Of a stretch of DNA of 64,000 bases, positions 51,748 through 62,355 are shown in pieces. Below the pieces are notes generated by a model. That model did no database searches. It saw only the letters and a program-made list of their open reading frames with translations, and had not been told where the DNA came from. Each line of letters starts with the position of its first letter. Position 1 is the stretch's first letter. The position numbers and the translations under genes were made by a program. Source of the DNA: a bacterium (GTDB lineage Bacteria > Babelota > Babeliae > Babelales > RVW-14); contig JBDRBF010000008.1 in assembly GCA_043822925.1 (NCBI GenBank), forward strand, positions 1 to 64,000, written 5' to 3'.

Positions 51748-52722
51748 GTGCTGCATAATCCAAATAAAACTTACCACGCTCTTGGTATAACTTTAATCAT
51801 ACTTACAACGATGTGTACAACGATGTGTAGCAAAACATACACAACAGAAACAACGCAAACAAACGTACTCCAAGATCAAACCAATCATCAAATCCAAGAA
51901 AACACTACACTCGATACGCAACAAACCATAAAGCTCATCAATAAAATAGTCACACAATTCAAAGCGGTCTCCGAGTCTCTCATAAAAAAAATAAAGGCAG
52001 CAAACATCGAACAACAAAACTATTCAAATGAAGACTTAGAAAAATTAATCGAAGAGACACTCAATATCGCCTCTTTCCAGGATTCGGCCGAAACACCAGA
52101 CATTGCAAACCTTAAAAACATCCATACCGCTCTTATCAATAACCTCAAGTCCTACAAAGTAACCGGTTATTCTTTTGCTATAGTTCCTAATCTTGCTTTA
52201 TTTTATAATTCACAAAAGCCAGAATTTGTCATCACCTACATGGATCAAAACGGAAACGAAAAAACAAGAGTCTATCAGACCGAGCTTAACTCTATTGGCC
52301 TAAAATACGCAGCTACCGTTAACTTCGACTTCATGTTCTTCGTCAACACTGATGCTGATTTTTATACCACAAATAAAAAAATTATATTTGGAAAAGGAAT
52401 AAGCTTTAGCGCCAATTCCCCGCTATTTCTCACCAGCTTGCTCGGTTTAACACCTCGAATACGCTGTGACTTAAGCGAGACCCAACAATCCGCGATTCTT
52501 GAACGAGGAGACTCATTCGACCTCCTTAACGAAATAATAAAGCATTCAAAACGGACGGCTTGGGACAAAACTTACAAAGTCCTAGATTATTTGGAAATCA
52601 CCTATGTTTCATTCGCTAATATGCCTGGTGGCATGTTTATGATTAACATATTACCACCACTTCTCCCACATGGAAACCTTCTAAGTATTGTGACTGGAGG
52701 ATCGTTAACTCCTATAAATTAA
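51748..52722 (+). CDS. Secreted/membrane-anchored hypothetical protein
   Basis: 324-aa ORF, GTG start after AAGGA, N-terminal hydrophobic stretch; no family recognised. Confidence 0.7.
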   Translation: MLHNPNKTYHALGITLIILTTMCTTMCSKTYTTETTQTNVLQDQTNHQIQENTTLDTQQTIKLINKIVTQFKAVSESLIKKIKAANIEQQNYSNEDLEKLIEETLNIASFQDSAETPDIANLKNIHTALINNLKSYKVTGYSFAIVPNLALFYNSQKPEFVITYMDQNGNEKTRVYQTELNSIGLKYAATVNFDFMFFVNTDADFYTTNKKIIFGKGISFSANSPLFLTSLLGLTPRIRCDLSETQQSAILERGDSFDLLNEIIKHSKRTAWDKTYKVLDYLEITYVSFANMPGGMFMINILPPLLPHGNLLSIVTGGSLTPIN

Positions 52723-52734
52723 CAAAATATATTT

Positions 52735-54057
52735 TCAGCTTTTTTTCATAAAATTTTCTATTTCACGCGCCTGTTTAGGTAACTCAGGGCTTAAACAAAC
52801 GGCCCCATCAAGGGTCATAAGAAAGTCGTCTTCAATACGAATTCCCAAATTTTCTTCAGGAATATAAAGACCCGGCTCAATTGTAAAAACATCACCTGGT
52901 GCTAGTGGAATTTTAGAATCACCAACATCATGAACATCCAGCCCAAGAAAATGACCAATACCATGAGGAAAGTATTGCGCAAGCCCATGCTGCTCAAAAA
53001 AACGCACCGCACAATGATGCAAAGATCGTTCTTGCTCGTCGTCACTTCTTAAAAACATGCCCGGCTTGGCACAATCCTGAACGTGTTTTTGAGCAGCTAA
53101 AACAATATTATATATTTGTGCTTGGCGCTCAGTAAATTTGCCATTAACGGGATACGTTCGGGTCAAATCAGCTGCATACCCACAAAACTCCGCACCTATA
53201 TCGATTATAACCAAATCACCATCGTTTAATTTTTGATTACATTCTGTGTAGTGCAAAATCGTGGCATTACGCCCCGTTGCAACAATGCTTGGAAACACAC
53301 AATGCATGTTATTACTCGTAAATACATGCTCTATTGTTGCTCGTATTTCGTTTTCATATTTTTTAGCACATATTTGCTGAGCTGCTGCCTGGTGCGCTAC
53401 GCGTGTAACCTGAATAGCGCGGCGCAAACAGTCAAGCTCATGTGTGTCTTTGCTGCGACGCTGATGGTAAAACACCTGCGAAATATCACGTTTGGCTGAA
53501 GCAAGATGGGGAATCTGTTGATCGAAACTTTTAAAAAGCTGTACTTGTTCTAGATTATTATCGGCTAGAAGCGTAAAAACAAGCGTATGTTCTGTTATAA
53601 AACTTGTAATATCTTGTAAAAAATACGTGTAAAGCTCAGGTTTAAAAATAACTGGCGCGGGATACGAATACCCGGATAAGATGGGATCGCTTAAAGTTTT
53701 GATTTGATCAAAACAAAAATCAACTGGATTACTTTCAGGACTTACCTGTAAAACTACCCACTGAGCACGCTGGCCACCAAAAGACGGCACATACAAAACT
53801 TCTTGCACAGAATCTGGTCCATCAAAAAAAACACAAGCTATTGTTGCGGGCTCTTTAAGCCCCGTCAAATAATAAAAAGAACTCTCCTGCCGAAATAAAT
53901 GACGTCTACCCTCAAAGCCAGCTCCAACGACTATAACCCCTCGTTGGGATTTGCCATATTTTTCAAACAAAGACGCTAATAAAACTCGTCGACGACATTT
54001 AAAAATAGAATAATCAATAGAGTTAACAAACTCAGGATTCGTATGAACAATAGACAT
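52735..54057 (-). CDS. pepP: Xaa-Pro aminopeptidase
   Basis: FRQESSFYYLTG, DIGAE..YAADLTRT, HGIGHFLGLDVHD, TIEPGLY, GIRIEDD. Confidence 0.95.
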   Translation of the reverse strand: MSIVHTNPEFVNSIDYSIFKCRRRVLLASLFEKYGKSQRGVIVVGAGFEGRRHLFRQESSFYYLTGLKEPATIACVFFDGPDSVQEVLYVPSFGGQRAQWVVLQVSPESNPVDFCFDQIKTLSDPILSGYSYPAPVIFKPELYTYFLQDITSFITEHTLVFTLLADNNLEQVQLFKSFDQQIPHLASAKRDISQVFYHQRRSKDTHELDCLRRAIQVTRVAHQAAAQQICAKKYENEIRATIEHVFTSNNMHCVFPSIVATGRNATILHYTECNQKLNDGDLVIIDIGAEFCGYAADLTRTYPVNGKFTERQAQIYNIVLAAQKHVQDCAKPGMFLRSDDEQERSLHHCAVRFFEQHGLAQYFPHGIGHFLGLDVHDVGDSKIPLAPGDVFTIEPGLYIPEENLGIRIEDDFLMTLDGAVCLSPELPKQAREIENFMKKS

Positions 54058-54124
54058 TTTGACTCTCCCCAAAAATCTAAACTCACGAACTAATCACACG
54101 ATAATATTAACAAAACAAAAAAAG

Positions 54125-56512
54125 TTACTCTCCAAACTTAGCTTTAGTAACATCTGGAAGTTTGTGTTTTTTAGCAAAAGAACCCAAAGAATCAAATCGA
54201 GCTGAAAATACAATAGCTTGTTCTTTCCGATTATTTCCAAATTCCCGATACTTTTTTTCTTCATACCCAACAGACAGCCCCCAACAATGGCCATTATACT
54301 CAAACTGAACACGATGAATTAATGGCTGGATATCAACAAAACCAAAAAGAGACTTGCCACGCTCCGAAGAAAACTGAGCATCGTATCGCAGCATGCCATA
54401 CTCACCAATCGGAACAGCAAAACCACATAAAATAAAATGAGGAATATTAGAAAACAACTCACGCATAATACGCATAGATTCATGCTGAAAAAGATATCCA
54501 GCCATCAAATGAACTTTACCAACCAAAACATCTGTTTTAAGCAACGTCTGTAGCATTTTCTTTTGTGGAACTTCATACTCCTGCACAACAGAAAAGCCAA
54601 CTTTTTCTGAACGGGCACTAAAAGCTATTTGCAACGGCAACAAATGCTTTTGAGAGACAGGCCTACGCAATGGAAAAAGATCTTTAGAATTATAAAAATC
54701 ATACCCCTGAGTTATTGTAAAATCTAAAGTTGTATTATTAATAGAAAAATTGTTTCTTAAATCAAAATTAAGTACATTTTTAGGATAAATACGATCCCAA
54801 TGATCAATATGATACCAATGGTCTTGAAATATTCTTGGTACATACTCCCAACTAAAAACAGGTTGTACATAATGGACATAACTCAAATCTTGATTATGCA
54901 CCATCCCCTCAGGCAATGCCCACTGAATATCATACTCGAAAGATAGCCGACTAGCCCCGTGAGAAAACAAATGTGATTCTAACGCACTATTTCCTCTCAT
55001 AACTCCTCTATCAAGCGCACTTCTGACCTGCGCATATGGGCGAATCGAAAAATCGACTATATTTTGCGAAATATTCACAGAACGAGATAACGCTGACTGA
55101 TAATTAAAGCGAATAAGCTTTTCCGAATTTAATGGAATAATCTTTGATTCTTGAGCCAATAACGACTGAAAATAATACTTATCTGTCTCAAATTCTCGAT
55201 GATATACCTGATCAACACCAATATCATGCCGATATAAAAAAAACTTTGATACATCAAAATAAGTACAATTCAACTCAATATGGGGAAGCATTACTGTTTG
55301 AGAAAAACTTTCAATCTCTTTTTTATGAAATGTTTTAATTGGAATCTCAACACCTTTTACACGAAATTCATCAATAGTTTTCTTTACAGACAACTCTTCA
55401 CTTGGCGTAAGATCAACAAAACTTTGACGAAACGTCTTATTGCTATCAACCCGCGCCTCAACCAAATTAGTTGACCATAAACCACGCGTAACCCATGAAT
55501 TATCAAAAGAATCATCAATATCATCAATACTATTAAAAAATTGATACCCAATATACTTATCTGTTCCAAAATCAAATTTAACTAAACTACTTACATTACC
55601 GCCTAAAAAATCATCGAATGAGCGAAAATCCTTTCCAGTCATCCAATAGCGATTTCGCGTTTTGGCTAACACGGTACCTTTTCTTTGTGTGAACGAGTTT
55701 TTTGCAATAGCATAACATCCATAAAGTTCAGTAAAACTTGTCGCACTACGTGCCCACCGAAACTCATCCGAGAAAACTACCCCTTTTTTATCTCGCCAGC
55801 TCAAGCCAACTGTTGTATCACAATATTGACTAAACGATTGGTAATACTCCTGCTTAAAACCAAAACCATTATAATAATCAAAGTAAAACTTGGGAATTAA
55901 CAACCCGGAACGAGATTGACCCTGAATAGGAAAAACCATCGTCGGCAAAATAAAAACAGGAATCTTACCTATCTTAAAAATAACCCCATTAACACGAATA
56001 AAATAACCACCATGCAGCATCGCTTTTACAGCATATAGGCTCCAATGATGATCATCATGATCACAGGCTGTATAATACATGTGTTCTATACGCCACCGAC
56101 TCGCATCAATTTTTTCAGCCCGCCGAGCAAATACATACCCATCTTGCACATGTATTCTAATGTTTTTAGCAACGCCAGTTTTATTTTGCAAGTTAAGTTC
56201 AAAACTATCTGCAAGCATCACAAGATCATTATTCTCAATAATAACAGCTCCTGACTCTTTTCTTTGAGCTAAAAGCTTATATTTTTGCTTATCGACATCA
56301 ACACGATCGGCCCTGATATGCAATTTCTTATCAAAAAAAACCTCAACGTCTTCCTCAAAAACAAACTTATTTTTACCGACAATTTTTTGAGATAAACTTT
56401 TAATTTCCAAGCGCTTTGCTGACGCCAACAAATTTCGGGTACCCGCACGCAAATGGGTACAAAAACAAGAAAATACAACTAAAAGTAAAATACTAATTTT
56501 TTTTTGATTCAA
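54125..56512 (-). CDS. lptD: LPS-assembly protein LptD homolog
   Basis: Signal peptide; OstA-like N-terminus, YTACD...W, IPVFILP, RSGLLIP, C-terminal HCWGL strand. Confidence 0.8.
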   Translation of the reverse strand: MNQKKISILLLVVFSCFCTHLRAGTRNLLASAKRLEIKSLSQKIVGKNKFVFEEDVEVFFDKKLHIRADRVDVDKQKYKLLAQRKESGAVIIENNDLVMLADSFELNLQNKTGVAKNIRIHVQDGYVFARRAEKIDASRWRIEHMYYTACDHDDHHWSLYAVKAMLHGGYFIRVNGVIFKIGKIPVFILPTMVFPIQGQSRSGLLIPKFYFDYYNGFGFKQEYYQSFSQYCDTTVGLSWRDKKGVVFSDEFRWARSATSFTELYGCYAIAKNSFTQRKGTVLAKTRNRYWMTGKDFRSFDDFLGGNVSSLVKFDFGTDKYIGYQFFNSIDDIDDSFDNSWVTRGLWSTNLVEARVDSNKTFRQSFVDLTPSEELSVKKTIDEFRVKGVEIPIKTFHKKEIESFSQTVMLPHIELNCTYFDVSKFFLYRHDIGVDQVYHREFETDKYYFQSLLAQESKIIPLNSEKLIRFNYQSALSRSVNISQNIVDFSIRPYAQVRSALDRGVMRGNSALESHLFSHGASRLSFEYDIQWALPEGMVHNQDLSYVHYVQPVFSWEYVPRIFQDHWYHIDHWDRIYPKNVLNFDLRNNFSINNTTLDFTITQGYDFYNSKDLFPLRRPVSQKHLLPLQIAFSARSEKVGFSVVQEYEVPQKKMLQTLLKTDVLVGKVHLMAGYLFQHESMRIMRELFSNIPHFILCGFAVPIGEYGMLRYDAQFSSERGKSLFGFVDIQPLIHRVQFEYNGHCWGLSVGYEEKKYREFGNNRKEQAIVFSARFDSLGSFAKKHKLPDVTKAKFGE

Positions 56513-57111
56513 AACGGCCTTCTGCCAGATAATGCTTTAGAGATAGTAACGCGATCCATGTACTCTAGACTAGACCCAATGGGAACACCACTGGCCAGCT
56601 TTGAAATGACAATATCAAGATTTTGATCAATTTTTGAAACAATATAACTGGCCGTTGCTTCACCTTCTGGCGTCGGATTTGTTGCAAAAATTATCTCTTT
56701 TACAGAGACATCCAAACGCTTGATCAACAAATTAATAGTCAAATGCTCCGGCCCAATCCCCTCCATAGGACACAAAGATCCTCCAAGAACATGATAACGC
56801 CCCCGAAATTCACCTAATTTCTCTATCGCCCATAAATCGTGCCATGTTTCTACTATACAAATAACGCTGTCAATACGATCTCGAGCTGAACAAATAGTAC
56901 AAAGTACATCCGTCTCAGTCCAATTACAGCACTGGCTACACATTTTAATCTTATTTTTTGCTTCAAGAATAGTCGCACACAATTGTTCGATATTTTGTTT
57001 TTCATCAGCAAGAAAATGAGTAGCAACACGATATACATTCTTTGACGCTAAATAAGGCACGCGCTGTAAACATCTAATAAGCTTTTGAAGTGTTGGTATT
57101 TGTCGAAACAT
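56509..57111 (-). CDS. recR: Recombination mediator RecR
   Basis: CSQC..CTIC finger, YHVLGG, ATNPTPEGEATA, GVPIGSSLEY. Confidence 0.97.
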   Translation of the reverse strand: MFRQIPTLQKLIRCLQRVPYLASKNVYRVATHFLADEKQNIEQLCATILEAKNKIKMCSQCCNWTETDVLCTICSARDRIDSVICIVETWHDLWAIEKLGEFRGRYHVLGGSLCPMEGIGPEHLTINLLIKRLDVSVKEIIFATNPTPEGEATASYIVSKIDQNLDIVISKLASGVPIGSSLEYMDRVTISKALSGRRPF

Positions 57112-57143
57112 AGGTTACATCACAATTATATTATATTTTTATA

Positions 57144-57176
57144 TTTATAGAGGGCCCCTACTGGACCCTCTATAAA
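57144..57176. terminator. Hairpin downstream of yidC
   Basis: TTTATAGAGGG...CCCTCTATAAA inverted repeat; weak U-tail. Confidence 0.45.
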
Positions 57177-57180
57177 ATCT

Positions 57181-57210
57181 GCCATCCCGGACCCCGATCA
57201 AGGACCCAAG
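57181..57210. repeat. Degenerate copy of the GTCAT-headed REP-like palindrome
   Basis: GCCATCCCGGACCCCGATCAAGGACCCAAG resembles reverse complement of 5991-6019 (GTCATCCCAGACTTGATCTGGGATCTAAG). Confidence 0.45.
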
Positions 57211-57228
57211 TCTCTTAAATTATTATAT

Positions 57229-58872
57229 TTATGAAAGAAATGCTTTTCTAAAATAATCTTCAGCTATTGTAAGAACGTTATTCAAGAACCAGTACAGCAC
57301 AAGTCCAGCAGCAAAACTTGAAAACACAGCGGTCATAACAACAGCCATAAACCACATAATAACTTTTTGCTTATCATCAGCGGCCGGCGTCATTGATTGC
57401 TGCCAAATCATAGAAACACCCATAAGAACTGGCAATACATAGAATGGATCTTTTGCTGATAAATCAACAATCCAACCAAAAAAAGGCGCTTGATACAAAT
57501 CTAAATAACTACCGAGAACACGATACAAAGAGAATAATATTGGCAACTGAATAAGTAAGGGCAAACACCCAATCATTGGAGTTGCAGGAGACAAATTATG
57601 ATCACGGTGATATCGCATAATCTCTTCCTGCTGCATCTTAACATCGCTTTTATACTTCATACGAATATGTGTAATAAACGGCTGATGCTTTTGATAGTCT
57701 TCCATTTTTTTACGAGAATATATAGATAGAGGAACAAATGGTAATCGCAACAAAATCGTCAAAGCAATAATAGCAAGTCCAAAGTTATGCAAATATTGAT
57801 ACAAAAATTCAAGCAACTTAAGCATCATTTTGCAAAACCAAGACAACCACCCAAAAGACAAAATATCACTTATGCGATTATGCGCTTGATTTAGTTGATC
57901 GTACACTTTTGGACCTATATAAAAAGACATGCTCCAACTCTTTTTCTCAGTAACCTGAGGCCCCTCAAGAACTGAAAACAAACTTGTATCGCTTATTTTC
58001 TTGTAATAACCGCGTTGAACAAAATAACCATTATCTCGAATAAGGGCATGGGCAAAATAACGATCCTGTGCTCCAAAAACAACATTGTCTCTACGCTCCC
58101 AATACCAGGCATACCCGTGAACAGCTGTTACCTCTTTCTGCTCAACCGTGTCACTACTTTCACTATACATAAAAGCAGTAATCGCATCGTTACCCAACTC
58201 TGGAATAAATGGAGACATAAAAAACAGACGAGGCTGAATCGCAGCTCCTTCGATTTTACCGCTAACAAGACTTGTAACAGCGCCAACCAGCGGGCCTACT
58301 TTAGGCTCAAATTCTAATACCAAATCAATTTGATAAGATCCGCTAGATAACGTATAGATCTTTCTGATATCCCATTCAGGCGATTCCGTTTGAAAGGCAA
58401 CAATAAACTTGTTGTCCTGAGTTTTAGTATACAAATGCTTATAAAAATATGGGGTCTTTTCTCCAAGAGCAAGCAAGAAACACCCTTTTTTACGCTGTTC
58501 TTCATCAACGCCACTTTGCGCATAAACCGTACGCAATGGTGTTTTATTTCTTCCCAGATATTTCTTATAATCAACCGTGTTTAAAATAGCGCCAAACGTT
58601 GAAAACGTCGCAACTACGTTATCTGTTTCAATACGAATTATCTCTTCTTGCTGAGAAATTTTCTGTTCAACAAAACTCACATCTGTATTAAGAGGCTTAT
58701 GCAATTGCTCCGTCGTTGGAACCTTTATCGGCTCTCCTGGTTTAACAGGAATCTGACCAACAGCCACCATCCCAGCACGCGCATCAGTCGCCTGTTTTTT
58801 CCCATAAAAATAATGAAATACGCCGACTGTAAGCAACGCAAGCAAAAGTGAAAATAGAAACTTTTTGTCCAT
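57229..58872 (-). CDS. yidC: Membrane protein insertase YidC
   Basis: N-TM, periplasmic domain, YIGPK, NFGLAII, GCLPLLIQLPI, WIVDLSAKDP, GLVLYW. Confidence 0.96.
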   Translation of the reverse strand: MDKKFLFSLLLALLTVGVFHYFYGKKQATDARAGMVAVGQIPVKPGEPIKVPTTEQLHKPLNTDVSFVEQKISQQEEIIRIETDNVVATFSTFGAILNTVDYKKYLGRNKTPLRTVYAQSGVDEEQRKKGCFLLALGEKTPYFYKHLYTKTQDNKFIVAFQTESPEWDIRKIYTLSSGSYQIDLVLEFEPKVGPLVGAVTSLVSGKIEGAAIQPRLFFMSPFIPELGNDAITAFMYSESSDTVEQKEVTAVHGYAWYWERRDNVVFGAQDRYFAHALIRDNGYFVQRGYYKKISDTSLFSVLEGPQVTEKKSWSMSFYIGPKVYDQLNQAHNRISDILSFGWLSWFCKMMLKLLEFLYQYLHNFGLAIIALTILLRLPFVPLSIYSRKKMEDYQKHQPFITHIRMKYKSDVKMQQEEIMRYHRDHNLSPATPMIGCLPLLIQLPILFSLYRVLGSYLDLYQAPFFGWIVDLSAKDPFYVLPVLMGVSMIWQQSMTPAADDKQKVIMWFMAVVMTAVFSSFAAGLVLYWFLNNVLTIAEDYFRKAFLS

Positions 58873-59206
58873 GTGAAAAATCCCTCAAGTTTTAATTATT
58901 CAAAAGACACGCTTTCTCAAGAAAAGAAGAGTGTATCAAAGAAAGCACTGTCCGGCCAGCACCTCTTTCTTTATCCAGCTAACAAGGAGCAACCAACACG
59001 CTTTATTGACTGGCTGAATAATAAAACATAAATAAAACATATCTAATCCCCAGTTTCCACGAAAAACCAGCATCTAACTACAATAAATATTGCGTCAAAC
59101 AAGACAAAACATTTTTTTTAAAATATGCTAATATTGTTCTCTTGTATCTCTGGTCCCTAATGTTTTTTACTTTAAAAGTTTAATTTATAAAGAAAGGGGT
59201 GGTTTT

Positions 59207-60010
59207 ATGGTTCAAACACCTAACAAACAATATAGCAGTAATTTCACAGGATTACGTGTTGCTCTTTTTTCATTTTTAACAACTATAATACTCTTTTCGT
59301 CATGTGCTAAAAAAACAAAAAGCAAAGACGACATGAGTTTTGAAGATCTCAAAAAAAATGCGCTCACGCTTCTAGAACAAAAAAAATATGAAAAAGCATC
59401 AGAATATATAGAAAAAATGGTTTCCAGATTCCCAGACCATGCCGAAACACACAAGCATAAACTCATACTTGCTGACACCTATTTCAAAATGGGGCACTAT
59501 CCTTCAGCAGAAAAATTATACACACATTACGCAACGTACTATCCATCAGACCAAAAAGCTGAATACTCACAGTACCGAGCTATACGATCCCAATTCTATC
59601 AAACTTTGCGTTTAGATTGCGATCAAACAGCGACCGAAGACACCATAAACTTATGTAAAACGTATCGAAATATTCCAACATATGCAAAGTATCTAAAAGA
59701 CGTTGTCGACATACAAAGCACCTGTGAGCACAAGCTTATAAACAAAGAAATTTACGTTTATAACTTTTATCTCAGAAAAAAGAAATACGACGCTGCTCAA
59801 AACAGACTTGCATATTTACGCAGCAATTACGTCCCAAAGAAAAAATCACTTGAACCTCGCATTCTGTACCTCGAATGCAAACTTGCCCAAAAACAAAAAA
59901 ATAAAAAGATACTCGATGAAAAGCTTGAACAACTTGCAACCCAACATCCTGAATCACAATACACGCGCATGGCTCAATCATTAATTTCTCGTTCAAAATT
60001 TGAATTTTAA
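59207..60010 (+). CDS. bamD: Outer membrane protein assembly lipoprotein BamD
   Basis: Lipobox-like LFSSC; TPR helices; YP.D..AEY, DQT.T..., YNFYLRKK.Y.AA.NR. Confidence 0.85.
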   Translation: MVQTPNKQYSSNFTGLRVALFSFLTTIILFSSCAKKTKSKDDMSFEDLKKNALTLLEQKKYEKASEYIEKMVSRFPDHAETHKHKLILADTYFKMGHYPSAEKLYTHYATYYPSDQKAEYSQYRAIRSQFYQTLRLDCDQTATEDTINLCKTYRNIPTYAKYLKDVVDIQSTCEHKLINKEIYVYNFYLRKKKYDAAQNRLAYLRSNYVPKKKSLEPRILYLECKLAQKQKNKKILDEKLEQLATQHPESQYTRMAQSLISRSKFEF

Positions 60011-60019
60011 TTAAATCTC

Positions 60020-60057
60020 AAAATAAGACGTTATAAATAAACATAACGTCTTATTTT
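60020..60057 (+). terminator. Intrinsic terminator after bamD
   Basis: AAAATAAGACGTTAT...ATAACGTCTTATTTT inverted repeat with T tail. Confidence 0.7.
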
Positions 60058-60095
60058 TTATATCTAAACACACAAATAACATCACGCATTAAATT

Positions 60096-60452
60096 ATGAA
60101 TCAAACAAAACGTCTTGGTAATAATGGCGAACAAGCAGTCGCACGTTGGCTCAAAAATTATGGATTTCATATCGTAGAACTCAATTATAATACAAAGTAC
60201 GGCGAGATCGATCTTATTGTCAGCAAGAATGACCTCATCGCCTTTGTTGAAGTCAAAACCCGAGCTACAACCTATTTTCCAATCTCAACCGTTGTTACAA
60301 GACCAAAACAAAAAAAAATTATAAAAACAGCACAAATCTTCTTACTCAAAAGACAAATAACCGAAAAAACCATACGTTTTGACGTAGCAACTGTAACAAT
60401 AGAAAACAATTGTTACAAAATACAATATATCGAGAATGCCTTTCAGACCTAA
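60096..60452 (+). CDS. yraN: YraN family (UPF0102) endonuclease-like protein
   Basis: G..GE..V..WL, GEIDLI, FVEVKTR, RFDV, IENAF. Confidence 0.93.
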   Translation: MNQTKRLGNNGEQAVARWLKNYGFHIVELNYNTKYGEIDLIVSKNDLIAFVEVKTRATTYFPISTVVTRPKQKKIIKTAQIFLLKRQITEKTIRFDVATVTIENNCYKIQYIENAFQT

Positions 60453-62086
60453 TTATTAAAAACATCGTGTACAACCAATTTCTCTGCGATACGCTTATAT
60501 AATGGCGCCGCAACATCAGACGCCCACAAACGCTTACGCAGGGCCGGTTCTTTAATAAAAGTAATAACAACCCGCTTAAAATCATCTTTTTCAATAATTC
60601 CAGCAAACGTATACAAGTGTTTTTCATTAGAATACCGTCCATTAACGACCATACGCGCCGTACCTGTTTTACCCATCGTTCGATATCCCGCAATTGTGGC
60701 GTATTTTGCACCAACTATTTCTAATATTTGCTTTACTTGCGCTATTGTTTTATCGCTATAAATTTTTTTACGAGCAACATTTCTTTTATATGACTTGTCT
60801 TCTTTTACCAATACAGGCTTAACCAAATACCCCCCATTGGCAATCATAGACATAGCAACTCCAAGCTGCAAAAGAGTAGCTGAAATCTCATAGCCAAACG
60901 ACATTACTATTGCTGAAGAACGGGACCAGTTACGCGGATTATTAACAAAACCATCTCGTTCACCAGAAAAAACAAGACCCGTTTTCTTACCAAAACCAAA
61001 ATTAAGAAGATGGTCATAATACTTCTTATCAATTCGCTTAATCACTTTTGCTATACCAATATTACTCGAATTAGAAATAACATTATAAAAAGGCAAAACC
61101 TCAAGATTTTTCCAATTTTCTACTTTAAAGTGATCAATATATTCAACTCGCCCTCCGCAATCTATTTCTTCATCAAACCCAACCGCACCTTCTTCCAGCA
61201 CAGCCATCGCAGCAAAGACTTTCATAACAGACCCCAACTCAAAACACTCAGAAACAATAATATTTTTTGTTTTTTCAAGATCATCTGGAACCTTACCATT
61301 AGGATCAAATGTTGGATAATTTGCCATCACTATAACTTCTCCGGTTTCTGGATCCATTACAAGCACTGCCCCAGCCTGCGCCTGGAATTCATCGATAGCT
61401 TCTTTTAAGTACTCATGCGCTAAAAACTGAAGTTTATTATCAATCGTTAACGTTACTGAAATACCCCGCGCCCCCATATCGATAACATGTTTATCAAAAT
61501 ACAAATTCGTCGAACGAGCATCTTTATTAAGCATGAAATGGGTCGGCTTACCTCGAAGCCGATTACAATACTCTCGCTCTATTCCTGCTATCCCCTTATT
61601 ATCAACATCAGTAAAACCAATAATATTAGCAAGCTCTTTATATGGATAAAAACGCTGAAATTCCTGTATAAACTTAATATCATCCAGATTAAACTTCTGG
61701 AACCACGCAAACCGCTCTGGCGTTAATTTACGCTCAAGCCATAAAAAATGTCGCTCAGGATGTTTTTTCATACGTTTATAAACATCTGAATAATATTTTT
61801 TTAAAAAACTTTCTGTCTTTTGAGCCGTGTGTATTTCATGAGGCAATATAAAAGCAGACGGCACATCACGATTAAAAGCAAGCAACGCTCCCCTCCGATC
61901 CAGTATTTCTGCACGCTCAGGTTCAAGTGTAACACTCACATGATGCTGCTGAGTTGCCAGAAGCTTAAAAAAATCTTTTTGATAAATTTGCAATAAAAAT
62001 AATCGAATAATAATAACAAGATATAAAGCAAAAAAGCACAAAAAGAGCACAAGCACGCGAGCTTTGTAATCTTTATGTATTAACAC
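60449..62086 (-). CDS. ftsI: Class B penicillin-binding protein (FtsI/PBP3-like)
   Basis: N-TM, RAEILDRRG, transpeptidase motifs SVMK, SSN, KTG; downstream of ftsL-like gene. Confidence 0.85.
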   Translation of the reverse strand: MLIHKDYKARVLVLFLCFFALYLVIIIRLFLLQIYQKDFFKLLATQQHHVSVTLEPERAEILDRRGALLAFNRDVPSAFILPHEIHTAQKTESFLKKYYSDVYKRMKKHPERHFLWLERKLTPERFAWFQKFNLDDIKFIQEFQRFYPYKELANIIGFTDVDNKGIAGIEREYCNRLRGKPTHFMLNKDARSTNLYFDKHVIDMGARGISVTLTIDNKLQFLAHEYLKEAIDEFQAQAGAVLVMDPETGEVIVMANYPTFDPNGKVPDDLEKTKNIIVSECFELGSVMKVFAAMAVLEEGAVGFDEEIDCGGRVEYIDHFKVENWKNLEVLPFYNVISNSSNIGIAKVIKRIDKKYYDHLLNFGFGKKTGLVFSGERDGFVNNPRNWSRSSAIVMSFGYEISATLLQLGVAMSMIANGGYLVKPVLVKEDKSYKRNVARKKIYSDKTIAQVKQILEIVGAKYATIAGYRTMGKTGTARMVVNGRYSNEKHLYTFAGIIEKDDFKRVVITFIKEPALRKRLWASDVAAPLYKRIAEKLVVHDVFNN

Positions 62087-62088
62087 GC

Positions 62089-62355
62089 TTATCTCCCTGT
62101 TACTGAAATAATTTGTGAAAAAGATAGAGCGCTCATGCCGTGATTAACCCCTGCCCATTTCTTAACCCCATCTTTATCAGAGGCTTGATACAACTGAGTT
62201 AAAAGCTCACTTTTTCGCTTTAAATATTCAAGCTCTTTTTGCTGTAATCGCTGCTTTTTATAACTCATACGTATCAAACAATTGTGCTGATAAATTTTAA
62301 CAAACACAGACAAAACAAGAATCACAAACGCCATTTTTAAAAATTTGTATTTCAT
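62089..62355 (-). CDS. FtsL-like cell division protein
   Basis: Single TM then coiled coil ending ...GM; directly upstream of the PBP gene. Confidence 0.6.
   Translation of the reverse strand: MKYKFLKMAFVILVLSVFVKIYQHNCLIRMSYKKQRLQQKELEYLKRKSELLTQLYQASDKDGVKKWAGVNHGMSALSFSQIISVTGR

Noticed and set aside
58935-59073. Small minus-strand ORF (~45 aa) upstream of yidC as yidD or rpmH
   Set aside because: No resemblance to YidD or L34 and no clear RBS
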